Shown piece by piece: positions 19,643 to 30,156 of a stretch of 64,000 bases of DNA (positions are counted from its first letter, which is position 1; every line of letters begins with the position of its first letter). The notes under the pieces are model-generated. The model had not been told where the DNA came from. It was given only the letters and a program-made list of their open reading frames with translations, and did no database searches. The stretch comes from an uncultured Clostridia bacterium (lineage in GTDB: Bacteria > Bacillota > Clostridia > TANB77 > CAG-508), in contig CANQHC010000005.1 in the NCBI GenBank assembly GCA_947623595.1, positions 1,910-65,909 on the forward strand, read 5' to 3'. The position numbers and the translations under genes were made by a program.

Positions 19643-21151
19643 ATGAAAGAATACATTAGTATTATAGGAGGAGGTTTAGCCGGTTCAGAAGCGGCTTACC
19701 AAATTTCAAAAAGAGGAATTAAAGTAAAATTATATGAAATGAAACCAAAAAAGTATTCGCCAGCTCATAGCAATTCTGATTTATCTGAAATTGTTTGTAG
19801 TAATTCATTTAAGTCTAATTTGCATACAAATGCTTGTGGTTTATTAAAAGAAGAATTACGAAAATTGGATTCTCTTCTTATTCGTATTGCTGATGAAACC
19901 AATGTACCAGCAGGACAAGCTTTGGCTGTTGACCGTGAAAAATTTGCCAAAAGGGTAACTCAAGAATTAGAAAAAATTAAAAATATAGAGATTATTAGAA
20001 AAGAAGTAGGAAATCAAACTGTTAATAATTTAGATGATATTTTGATTGATGAGAAAGTACATAATGAATTGGAAGATATGGCTAAAGATGGTATTGTAAT
20101 AGTAGCAACTGGGCCACTTACTACAGAAAATTTATCAAAGGAAATATCTTCTTTAACTGGTCAGGATAAATTATACTTTTATGATGCAGCAGCACCTATT
20201 ATTGAAAAAGAATCTATTAATATGGAAGTTGCTTTTTGGGGAAATCGTTATGAACAAGAAAGACAAAAAAATGAAACAATAGAAGAATGGGAAAATAGAA
20301 TAAAAACAGAAAACAAAGAAAGTTACTTAAATTTACCAATGAATAAAGAGGAATATGAAATATTTTGGACATCATTAGTAAATGCTGAGATAGTAACATT
20401 ACATGATTTTGAAAAAAAGGAATTATTTGAAGGATGTATGCCAATTGAAATAATGGCTAAAAGAGGGAAAGATACTTTACGTTTTGGCCCTCTAAAACCA
20501 GTAGGTTTTACAGATCCAAGAACTGGTGAAAGACCATATGCAGTAGTTCAGCTAAGACAGGATAATTACGAAGGAAATCTTTTTAATATGGTAGGCTTTC
20601 AAACTAATTTAAAATATGGTGAACAACAAAGGGTTTTTTCTATGATACCTGGATTAGAAAAGGCAAGTTTTGTAAAATTTGGGGTAATGCATCGCAATAC
20701 ATACATTAATTCACCACTACTATTAGACAATACCTATCAAATGAAAAAATACCCTACAATTTATTTTGCCGGGCAAATTACTGGTGTTGAAGGATATGTT
20801 GAATCTATTTCATCAGGAGTAGTATCTGCAATTAATGCAGTAAATGAATTAAAAAAGATAAATGAAAAAAGAGCAATGAAATCTTTATGGAATATGGAAT
20901 TAGAAGATATATTCAATAAGGAACAATTAGGAAATAAGGAAGAAAAAATTATTTTTCCAGAAACTACGATGATAGGGGCATTAGCCAATTATATTTCTAC
21001 ACAAAATTTCAATTTTCAACCGATGAATGCCAATTTTGGAATCTTACCTGCACTTTCAGAAGAAATAAAAGATAAAAAAATGAAATATACAAAATTAGCA
21101 GATAGAGCACTAGATGATTTAGAAAAAGTATTACAAACTTTTAACGATTAG
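19643..21151 (+). CDS. trmFO: Methylenetetrahydrofolate--tRNA-(uracil54-C5)-methyltransferase TrmFO (Gid), longer than usual
   Basis: IIGGGLAGSEAAYQISKRG FAD fold; CSNSFKS; FAGQITGVEGYVESISSG; NANFGILP. At 502 aa it is longer than my recollection of about 435 aa, with extra K/E/N-rich segments. Confidence 0.85.
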   Translation: MKEYISIIGGGLAGSEAAYQISKRGIKVKLYEMKPKKYSPAHSNSDLSEIVCSNSFKSNLHTNACGLLKEELRKLDSLLIRIADETNVPAGQALAVDREKFAKRVTQELEKIKNIEIIRKEVGNQTVNNLDDILIDEKVHNELEDMAKDGIVIVATGPLTTENLSKEISSLTGQDKLYFYDAAAPIIEKESINMEVAFWGNRYEQERQKNETIEEWENRIKTENKESYLNLPMNKEEYEIFWTSLVNAEIVTLHDFEKKELFEGCMPIEIMAKRGKDTLRFGPLKPVGFTDPRTGERPYAVVQLRQDNYEGNLFNMVGFQTNLKYGEQQRVFSMIPGLEKASFVKFGVMHRNTYINSPLLLDNTYQMKKYPTIYFAGQITGVEGYVESISSGVVSAINAVNELKKINEKRAMKSLWNMELEDIFNKEQLGNKEEKIIFPETTMIGALANYISTQNFNFQPMNANFGILPALSEEIKDKKMKYTKLADRALDDLEKVLQTFND

Positions 21152-21192
21152 TGAATTTTTAAGTACATAGAAAACAAGTATACATAAAAAGG

Positions 21193-21221
21193 TTGCAAAA
21201 AAATGGAAATAATGATATAAT
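21193..21221 (+). promoter_or_regulatory. Sigma-A-type promoter candidate (TTGCAA-17-TATAAT)
   Basis: TTGCAA 21193-21198 and TATAAT 21216-21221, upstream of the 21255 CDS. Confidence 0.5.
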
Positions 21222-21254
21222 TAATGTATTGAGGAAAAAATAGGAGGAATTTTT

Positions 21255-23207
21255 ATGGAAAGTAAAATTCAATCATATAGTGCTGAACTAAAACAAAGGT
21301 TATATGAAGCTTTAAAAGATATGGATACAAAAGAAATTAATATTGAAGAAGAAGAAGTGAAAGGCCTAATGCAAGGAACAGGTATTGTAATAGATCGTAG
21401 AGAAGAACCAAAAAGGCCAGATGCGTCTCAATACAAAGATCAAGAAGAATTTAGATTATTAGAGGAGTTATATGAAACAAAAGAATATACCGAAAGAATT
21501 TCTCTTATTGAAAAGATAAGAGAAATTAGAATTACAAGATTAAAAGACGAAAAAAGAGAAACAATGAAACAATCTGCTAAAAATGATGTAAAGAAAGAAT
21601 ATGCAGAAGAACTAAAAGGCAAACAGGATGAAATAAAAGAAGAAATTGAAAAAAAGAGAGCCGAAAAGGAACAACAAATAAAGGAAGCTGAAAAGGAAAC
21701 TAGAAGAATCTTAGGAATGACTAAGGCTTATAGAATGATGCTAGGAGTAAAAGATCTTTACAAAGAAGATTATGCAGAAGCAGAAGAAAAAAGAAGATTT
21801 TACTATAAAGAGGCACATACTAAAATACAAGAAATTATATTTGCACAAAAAGAACTAAGAAGAGAGATTGACGAATTAAATAAAGAGTATGATGAAATAC
21901 AAGAATTTTTAGACAAGATGGAAAGAGGAGAAATAGATATTTCAGATTCTGAAATAGCAACTTTAAGACAAGCAGAAACTGAAAAAATGCAAAAAGAAAT
22001 TGAAGAAACACAAAGAAAACAAGAAGAACAAGAAAAAGTTCAGAGGGAACAAGCTGAAAAAGAAAAAATAGAAAGAGAAAAGGCTGAAAAGAAAGCTAGA
22101 GAAGAAGAACAACCAGAACCACAACCAGAACCAGAACTAGAGCCAGAACCAAAACTTCAACCACAACCTCAACCACAGCCAGAATCAGAACCACAACCAC
22201 AGCCTCAACCACAACCACAGCCACAGCCACAACCAGAGCCACAACCAGAGCCACAACCTCAGCCACAACCTCAACCACAGCAACAAGAACAACCACAACC
22301 ACAACAATCACAAGAGACTGAACAAACAATACATAAAATAAAAGAAGTAGGATTTAGAATAAAAGAAGATGGAACACCGGTTTATTATATAGTTGTTCAA
22401 GATAAAGATGGACAAGAAGAAGTTCATGAACAAGAAGGCTGGGAAAATGTTCAGATGTTATCAAAAGAAGAACATGAAAAATTACACCGTGACCATATAA
22501 CTAAAGCTGATAAATTTTATGATCCTAATATTATTAATTTATTGAAAAAAATGGATGAACAATATGGAACCGATGGTGCAAAAAAATATACTGAAATAAT
22601 GCAAAGAAAATATGAGGATGACAGACCAGAGTTAGACTTTAACATATTATATAATTTGAGTGAATTGTATAAAATTCCAAAATCAGCAGATGACAAACAA
22701 AAAGTAAAATATATTAAAAAAATAGCAAAAGCAAATCAATCATTAGATTTAGCAACTTATGATAAAGCTCCAAATATATTTAAAAGGTTAATTAGAAAAT
22801 TAAAGACTTTAAGGTTACCAAAGGCTGAAAAAGAGTCGAAGCCACAAGCTGAAACGGAAGAAAAAGAAAAGCAAGAAGAGAAAAAAGCTGATGAGACTTT
22901 TGAAATATTCAAAAGTCTATATAAAGAAAAAGATTTCGATATTGATTTATTTATAGAGCAATACAAATTAGATGAGAAAAAAGCAATAGTTTATAAACAA
23001 CTTTATAAAAAACTTAAAGACAGTGAGCCAACAAAAGAACAGGCTTTTAGAGCAAGGAACAAAGCACCAAAACAAACTGAAAGTGAAAAAGCGCCAGAGC
23101 AACTTGAAAGTGAAAAAGTAACAGAGCAACCTGAAAGTAAAGAAACACCAAATCAAGATGAAAACGAAGAAACTCAAAAAGAAGAAGATACGATGATGCT
23201 TGGGTAA
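21255..23207 (+). CDS. Hypothetical coiled-coil protein with a central (P-Q/P-E)n low-complexity tract
   Basis: RBS AGGAGG. 650 aa, K/E-rich helical N-terminus, about 65 aa of PEPQPEPELEPEPKLQPQPQPQP..., and a K/E-rich C-terminal half. No catalytic motif recognised. Confidence 0.5.
   Translation: MESKIQSYSAELKQRLYEALKDMDTKEINIEEEEVKGLMQGTGIVIDRREEPKRPDASQYKDQEEFRLLEELYETKEYTERISLIEKIREIRITRLKDEKRETMKQSAKNDVKKEYAEELKGKQDEIKEEIEKKRAEKEQQIKEAEKETRRILGMTKAYRMMLGVKDLYKEDYAEAEEKRRFYYKEAHTKIQEIIFAQKELRREIDELNKEYDEIQEFLDKMERGEIDISDSEIATLRQAETEKMQKEIEETQRKQEEQEKVQREQAEKEKIEREKAEKKAREEEQPEPQPEPELEPEPKLQPQPQPQPESEPQPQPQPQPQPQPQPEPQPEPQPQPQPQPQQQEQPQPQQSQETEQTIHKIKEVGFRIKEDGTPVYYIVVQDKDGQEEVHEQEGWENVQMLSKEEHEKLHRDHITKADKFYDPNIINLLKKMDEQYGTDGAKKYTEIMQRKYEDDRPELDFNILYNLSELYKIPKSADDKQKVKYIKKIAKANQSLDLATYDKAPNIFKRLIRKLKTLRLPKAEKESKPQAETEEKEKQEEKKADETFEIFKSLYKEKDFDIDLFIEQYKLDEKKAIVYKQLYKKLKDSEPTKEQAFRARNKAPKQTESEKAPEQLESEKVTEQPESKETPNQDENEETQKEEDTMMLG
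22110..22307 (+). repeat. Degenerate hexanucleotide (CCACAA/CCAGAA/CCACAG) microsatellite-like tract encoding PQ/PE repeats
   Basis: Read directly. Locally G+C-richer. Its antisense gives the spurious poly-Val ORF at 22096-22329. Confidence 0.85.
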
Positions 23208-23248
23208 AACAATAAGGCAGTGAAGAAAGATAAACTTATGAATTTACC

Positions 23249-23277
23249 TTGACTTTAGATGATAAAAGTGATACAAT
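23249..23277 (+). promoter_or_regulatory. Strong sigma-A-type promoter candidate (TTGACT-17-TACAAT) of the rpsL-rpsG-fusA-tuf operon
   Basis: TTGACT 23249-23254, 17-nt spacer, TACAAT 23272-23277. Confidence 0.6.
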
Positions 23278-23282
23278 AGATA

Positions 23283-23321
23283 CCGCTAGGTAAAATGCAT
23301 ATATTGCGTTTTACCTAGCGG
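23283..23321 (+). promoter_or_regulatory. 13-bp perfect stem-loop starting ~6 nt after the -10 box (5'-terminal leader hairpin, or terminator of the upstream gene)
   Basis: CCGCTAGGTAAAA (23283-23295) / TTTTACCTAGCGG (23309-23321), followed by ATTATTTATTAT. Confidence 0.55.
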
Positions 23322-23444
23322 ATTATTTATTATAAAGTAAGTGAAGTTGAAAAATCGAAATTGATTTAGACTATGAAAATTTTAATTACAAAGTAAGTAG
23401 TAGGTTTTCAACAACTTTAATTCAAGAAAAGAGGTGAAATTTAA

Positions 23445-23858
23445 GTGCCAACAATTAATCAATTAGTAAGAAAAGGAAGAAAAAGTTCAACAGATAAGTC
23501 TAAAGCACCAGCTTTACAACATGGTTACAATTCTATGAATAAAAGAGTAACAAATAGAAGAGCACCACAAAAAAGAGGTGTATGTACTGTCGTAAAAACT
23601 GTAACACCTAAGAAACCAAATTCAGCTTTAAGAAAAGTTGCCAGAGTAAGATTGTCTAATGGCTATGAGGTAACTTCCTATATTCCGGGTATCGGACATA
23701 ATCTACAAGAACACAGTGTTGTTTTAATTAGAGGTGGAAGGGTAAAAGATCTTCCAGGTGTTAGATATCACATTATCAGAGGAACATTAGATACAGCAGG
23801 TGTAAAAGACAGAATGCAAGCTCGTTCTAAATATGGAGCTAAAAAACCAAAAAAATAA
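23445..23858 (+). CDS. rpsL: 30S ribosomal protein S12
   Basis: GTG start behind [20 protein letters not shown]...[13 protein letters not shown]...[21 protein letters not shown]. Confidence 0.95.
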   Translation: MPTINQLVRKGRKSSTDKSKAPALQHGYNSMNKRVTNRRAPQKRGVCTVVKTVTPKKPNSALRKVARVRLSNGYEVTSYIPGIGHNLQEHSVVLIRGGRVKDLPGVRYHIIRGTLDTAGVKDRMQARSKYGAKKPKK

Positions 23859-24118
23859 ATTTTTCTTAAAAGTTTTTAATTGCATTGTTAGTAGTATAAA
23901 GTTTTTAAAATAATAAAAGCTAAATTCAAAATTTTGTTATATAACAGTCAATAAATACTTTTGAAAAATTTAATTATGGTAAGGTGCTAATAATACATTA
24001 CTAATTTAAGGTACTTAAATTTAGAATAGTTTATATAGCACTATACGTGGAAATTTAGATTTCCAAGAGTACCAAATCATACTTTTTAGTATGAAATCAT
24101 AAAAAGGAGGGAAGAATA

Positions 24119-24589
24119 GTGCCAAGAAAAGGATATATTGCAAAAAGAGAAGTTTTACCAGATCCAATATACAATAGTAAAGTTGTAACAAAATTAATCA
24201 ATAATGTTATGTTAGATGGTAAAAAAACAGTTGCTCAAAGCATAGTATATGATGCATTTGAAATTATAAAAGAAAAAGAGCAAAAAGATCCACTAGAAGT
24301 TTTCCAAGCTGCACTTGAAAATGTAATGCCAGTTCTTGAAGTAAAAGCAAGAAGAATTGGTGGTGCAACATATCAAGTTCCAATTGAAATCAGACCAGAA
24401 AGAAGACAAACTTTAGGTCTAAGATGGCTTGTTATATATGCTAGAAAAAGACATGAAAAAACAATGGCAGAAAAATTAGCAAATGAAATTATAGAAGCTA
24501 TCGCAGGAAATGGTGGAGCATTTAAAAAGAAAGAAGATATGCATAAAATGGCTGAAGCTAATAGAGCTTTTGCACATTATAAGTTCTAG
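24119..24589 (+). CDS. rpsG: 30S ribosomal protein S7
   Basis: GTG start behind AAGGAGGG. PRKG...PDPIY.S..VTKLIN..M.DGKK; [18 protein letters not shown]. Confidence 0.95.
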   Translation: MPRKGYIAKREVLPDPIYNSKVVTKLINNVMLDGKKTVAQSIVYDAFEIIKEKEQKDPLEVFQAALENVMPVLEVKARRIGGATYQVPIEIRPERRQTLGLRWLVIYARKRHEKTMAEKLANEIIEAIAGNGGAFKKKEDMHKMAEANRAFAHYKF

Positions 24590-24709
24590 TAGCTTTGCTA
24601 CGTTACAGCTACTAGAAATAACCGGCGAAAGACGGTTGTAAACAATAGAAAAGCTGTTAGTAGCTAAAAAATATTATTTATTTAGAAAAAATATAAGGAG
24701 GATAAATCA

Positions 24710-26791
24710 GTGGCTGGAAGAGAGTTTCCTTTAGTAAAAACAAGAAACATAGGAATAATGGCACATATTGATGCAGGAAAAACAACTACTACAGAAAGAA
24801 TTCTTTTCTATACTGGTAAAACTCACAAAATTGGTGAAGTTCATGAGGGTGAAGCAACCATGGACTGGATGGTACAAGAGCAAGAAAGAGGTATTACAAT
24901 TACTTCAGCTGCTACTACTTGCCAATGGTTAGGACATCGTATCAATATCATAGATACCCCTGGACACGTGGATTTTACAGTAGAAGTAGAAAGATCTTTA
25001 AGAGTATTAGATGGAAGTGTAACTGTATTTTGTGCAAAAGGTGGTGTTCAACCACAATCAGAAACTGTTTGGAGACAAGCAGATAAATATATGGTACCAA
25101 GAATGGCATATGTTAACAAAATGGATATTAATGGTGCAGATTTTTATAGTTGCGTTGAGCAAATGAAAACAAGGCTAAATGCAAATGCTGTTCCAATCCA
25201 AATGCCAATTGGTGCAGAAGATACTTTTAAGGGTATTGTAGATTTAATAAAAATGAAAGCTTTCATTCATAAGGACGACTTAGGAAAAGAGATTGAAGAA
25301 GGCGATATTCCAGAAGATATGAAAGCAAAGGCAGAAGAGCTTAGATCAAATATGGTAGAAGCAGCTGCAGAACAAGATGATGAATTAATGATGAAATATT
25401 TAGATGGTGGAGAACTAACCGAGGAAGAAATCAAAAAAGGTTTAAGAATCGGAACAATCGCAAATAAAATAGTTCCTGTATGTTGTGGTTCTTCTTATAA
25501 GAACAAAGGTGTACAAGAATTATTGAATGCAATTGTAGATTTCATGCCATCACCAATAGATATACCAGCAATAAAAGGTATAGATATGGATGGAAATGAA
25601 ACAGAGAGAAAAACAGATGATGCTGAACCATTTTCAGCTTTAGCATTTAAAATTGCAACAGATCCATTTGTTGGAAAACTTTGTTTCTTCAGAGTATATT
25701 CAGGAACTTTAGATGCAGGTTCTACTATATTAAATGCAAATAAAGATAAAAAAGATAGAATGGGAAGAATTCTATTAATGCATGCAAATCACAGACAAGA
25801 TATTGAAAAAGTTTATGCTGGAGATATTGCAGCAGCTGTTGGATTAAAAGAAGTATCTACAGGAGATACACTTTGTGATCCAGCACATCCTGTTATTCTA
25901 GAATCTATGGAATTCCCAGAGCCTGTTATTGATATTGCTATTGAGCCAAAAGATAAAGCAAATAGTGAAAAAATGGGAATTGCTTTAGCAAAACTTGCTG
26001 AAGAAGATCCAACATTCAAAACATGGACTGATCAAGAATCTGGACAAACTATTATTGCAGGTATGGGTGAGTTACACTTAGACATTATAGTAGATCGTCT
26101 AAAAAGAGAATTTAAAGTAGAATGTAGTGTAGGTAAGCCACAAGTTTCATATAAAGAAACAATTAGAAATAAAGTAAAAGTACAAGGTAAATTCATTCGT
26201 CAATCTGGTGGTCGTGGACAATATGGTGATGTTTGGTTAGAGATGGAACCATTAGAACCAGGTAAAGGAATAGAATTTGAAAGCAAAATAGTTGGTGGTG
26301 TTGTTCCAAAAGAATATATCAAACCAATTGAAGAGGGTGTTAGAGAAGCAGCACAAAGTGGTATATTAGCAGGATATCCTGTTATAGACTTTAAAGCTAC
26401 ATTAGTAGATGGTTCTTACCATGAAGTTGACTCTTCAGAAATGGCCTTCAAAATTGCTGGTTCTATGGCTTTCAAAGAAGGATGTAAACAAGCAAAATCA
26501 GTTATCCTTGAACCAATAATGAGAGTAGAAATAACAGTTCCAGAAGAATATATGGGAGATGTTATTGGAGACGTTAATTCAAGACGTGGTAGAATGGAAG
26601 GAATGGAAACAAGACAAGGAAATCAAATTATTCGTTCATTTATTCCATTATCTGAAATGTTTGGTTATGCAACAGATTTGCGTTCAAAAACACAAGGAAG
26701 AGGAACATACTCAATGGAACCAAGTCATTATGAAGAAGTTCCAAAATCAGTATTTGATAATATTGTTGCCTCAAGAGCAAAAAAAGAATAA
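24710..26791 (+). CDS. fusA: Elongation factor G
   Basis: GTG start behind [28 protein letters not shown]; DTPGHVDF; NKMD; [16 protein letters not shown]. Confidence 0.95.
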   Translation: MAGREFPLVKTRNIGIMAHIDAGKTTTTERILFYTGKTHKIGEVHEGEATMDWMVQEQERGITITSAATTCQWLGHRINIIDTPGHVDFTVEVERSLRVLDGSVTVFCAKGGVQPQSETVWRQADKYMVPRMAYVNKMDINGADFYSCVEQMKTRLNANAVPIQMPIGAEDTFKGIVDLIKMKAFIHKDDLGKEIEEGDIPEDMKAKAEELRSNMVEAAAEQDDELMMKYLDGGELTEEEIKKGLRIGTIANKIVPVCCGSSYKNKGVQELLNAIVDFMPSPIDIPAIKGIDMDGNETERKTDDAEPFSALAFKIATDPFVGKLCFFRVYSGTLDAGSTILNANKDKKDRMGRILLMHANHRQDIEKVYAGDIAAAVGLKEVSTGDTLCDPAHPVILESMEFPEPVIDIAIEPKDKANSEKMGIALAKLAEEDPTFKTWTDQESGQTIIAGMGELHLDIIVDRLKREFKVECSVGKPQVSYKETIRNKVKVQGKFIRQSGGRGQYGDVWLEMEPLEPGKGIEFESKIVGGVVPKEYIKPIEEGVREAAQSGILAGYPVIDFKATLVDGSYHEVDSSEMAFKIAGSMAFKEGCKQAKSVILEPIMRVEITVPEEYMGDVIGDVNSRRGRMEGMETRQGNQIIRSFIPLSEMFGYATDLRSKTQGRGTYSMEPSHYEEVPKSVFDNIVASRAKKE

Positions 26792-27019
26792 GCTAATATA
26801 TTATAGTTGATTATTATTATAATGAAGTAGCTTTGCATAAGTAAAAACTATTGAAAAATACTTGCTTTTTTCAATGAAATGTTATAAAATGCAAGTATTA
26901 AAAATTGATTTTAATATTAATAAAATATAAAAGTAGCAACTAGGAAGAGTTTGAAAAAATATAGTTATATTAAAAATCACACTTTTACTTAATTGCTAAC
27001 TAAAAGGAGGAAATTTAAA

Positions 27020-28222
<1,203 letters not shown>

Positions 28223-28233
28223 TAAATACAACA

Positions 28234-28277
28234 ATAGCAAGGGTTACAAGAAATTGTAATACCTTGCTATTTTTTTA
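28234..28277 (+). terminator. Rho-independent terminator of tuf
   Basis: ATAGCAAGG (28234-28242) / CCTTGCTAT (28262-28270), followed by TTTTTTT. Confidence 0.8.
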
Positions 28278-28591
28278 ATTATTACATATTTATCACATTA
28301 GTTTTTTATTGCAAAAGAAAAATCGTTAGATTTTTCTGGAGCAACAAGGCCTTAAGTTACCTTGGGCTGTGCATCTTTGGCTTTACTGACTTTTAAAAGT
28401 AAAAAAGTATTCAAACATATAGGTATTTCAAACTATATATTTAAAAAATAAATGTGACATATGTTTGATTAACCTACATAAAAAAGATGAAATGTTTTGT
28501 AGAATAATTGACTTTTTTTGCATTTAATTATATACTGTATCCGATGTGAAAAAGTAGCTAAGATACTAAAAATAAAGGAGAGATTTCTTTT

Positions 28592-30106
28592 ATGAAAATT
28601 CTGAAAAAAGTAGTCTTAACGGGAGTATTAGCAACAATTACTGTTTGCACTATGAATGTTGCAGTAAATGCAGCAACTGTTAAAGCTACTGGAGAAACTG
28701 TAAACATAAGAAAAGGGCCATCAACCGATACAAAAGTAGTAGCAAAAATTTCAGAAGGAGTTGAATGTGAACTACTTGAAGAAGAGGGAGATTGGTATAA
28801 AGTAAAATTCAGAAATTATACAGGCTACATTAGTAAAGAATACTCTAAATTGTTAGAAGATAAATCTACTAATAATGATAAAAAACAGAATGATGATGAA
28901 GAAACAAAAAAAGAGGAAAACAATAAAAATAACAATGATGAGTCAAAAAACGAAAATAAAGAAAATGAATCAACTCCAACAGAGCAAACATCAAATGAGT
29001 CAAACGACATTAAAGAAGAACAAACAATAATTTACAAAAAGTTTAGACAAGACACACAAATTAGAATATTACCTCTTATTCATTCTAGTAAAATAGGTGA
29101 TATAAAAAAAGATACTAAAGTTGTTTTTATTACAGAATTATCAGGCTGGACTTATATACAATCCGATTCTATTAGTGGTTGGGTAAGAACATCTACTTTA
29201 TCAGAAGAAAAAATAGAGAGCAAAAATGATACTGATAAAAGTAACTCTGATAATACTGAAAAATCAGATGAAACAGAAAAGTCAGAAAAAATAGGATATG
29301 TTAATGAAAATCAAGTAAATATGAGAAAAGGTGCTGGAAAAAATTATTCTGTTGTAAAAACTCTTACTTTAAATACAAAAGTTACTATTTTAGAAGAAGA
29401 AGGTGGATGGTATAAAATAAAAGCCGGAGATAAGACTGGCTATATTGCTAAAAATTATATATCAAATAGCAAAAAAGTAACTTCAAGAAGTAGTTCAACA
29501 CCTAGAGATGAAGATTCTTTAGAAAATAATACAGAAAATGATGAAACAAAAAATGAGAAGAGTTCATCTAGTACTGATTCAGAGAAAAAAGAAGAAACAA
29601 CTAATATAAATAATGAATCTCAAAAAGTAGTTTCAGAAGAAAAAAACGATACTTCTAAGAACTCTACAAGTAAAACAGATAAAAAACAAGAAAGTAGTAC
29701 AAAACAAAAAAATGATACAATAAAAACTACAGATGTAATTGCGTATGCTAAAAAGTATTTAGGGCACCAATATGTTTATGGTGCTGATGGTTCAAATGGA
29801 ACTTTTGATTGTTCCGGATTTACTATGTATGTATATAAACATTTTGGAATAAGTCTTCCTCACAAAGCGTCATCACAATATACATGTGGAAAGGGAACTC
29901 AAATAAAAAAGCAAAGTCAATTAAAACAAGGTGATATAGTATTTTTAACAAATTATGGAACTGGTAAAGGAATAGGGCATTGTGGAATTTATATAGGAAA
30001 TGGCAATTTTATTCATGCATCTACTACATCATATACAGTTACGATTTCTAATCTTAATACAATATATAAAGGAAGATTTTGTGGAGGTCTAAGGCTAATT
30101 AAATAA
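28592..30106 (+). CDS. Secreted peptidoglycan endopeptidase: signal peptide, three SH3b-like modules, low-complexity linkers, C-terminal NlpC/P60 domain
   Basis: RBS AAGGAG. ATGETVNIRKGPSTDTKVVAKI...GDWYKV and two further W-containing SH3b-like repeats. NlpC/P60 motifs YVYGADGSNGTFDCSGFTMYVY...GDIVFL...GHCGIYIGNGNFIHAS. Confidence 0.8.
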   Translation: MKILKKVVLTGVLATITVCTMNVAVNAATVKATGETVNIRKGPSTDTKVVAKISEGVECELLEEEGDWYKVKFRNYTGYISKEYSKLLEDKSTNNDKKQNDDEETKKEENNKNNNDESKNENKENESTPTEQTSNESNDIKEEQTIIYKKFRQDTQIRILPLIHSSKIGDIKKDTKVVFITELSGWTYIQSDSISGWVRTSTLSEEKIESKNDTDKSNSDNTEKSDETEKSEKIGYVNENQVNMRKGAGKNYSVVKTLTLNTKVTILEEEGGWYKIKAGDKTGYIAKNYISNSKKVTSRSSSTPRDEDSLENNTENDETKNEKSSSSTDSEKKEETTNINNESQKVVSEEKNDTSKNSTSKTDKKQESSTKQKNDTIKTTDVIAYAKKYLGHQYVYGADGSNGTFDCSGFTMYVYKHFGISLPHKASSQYTCGKGTQIKKQSQLKQGDIVFLTNYGTGKGIGHCGIYIGNGNFIHASTTSYTVTISNLNTIYKGRFCGGLRLIK

Positions 30107-30156
30107 AAAACAAAATTATTTAAAATATTAAATTGGGGGCAAAAGAAAGGAAAAAT

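Noticed and set aside
22096-22329. Minus-strand ORF encoding poly-Val/Leu/Ala
   Set aside because: It is simply the antisense of the CCA-CAA/CCA-GAA repeat tract. There are no translation signals.
26559-26810. 83-aa plus-strand ORF overlapping the 3' end of fusA in another frame
   Set aside because: It is fully nested in the well-conserved EF-G C-terminus and has no RBS.
28278-28591. Possible riboswitch (for example c-di-AMP/ydaO-type) in the 314-nt leader of the NlpC/P60 gene, including a locally G+C-richer patch near 28330-28390
   Set aside because: I could not find the conserved G/C-rich cores I associate with that class, nor a convincing multi-stem architecture by eye. It would need a covariance-model scan (Rfam/Infernal) to revisit.
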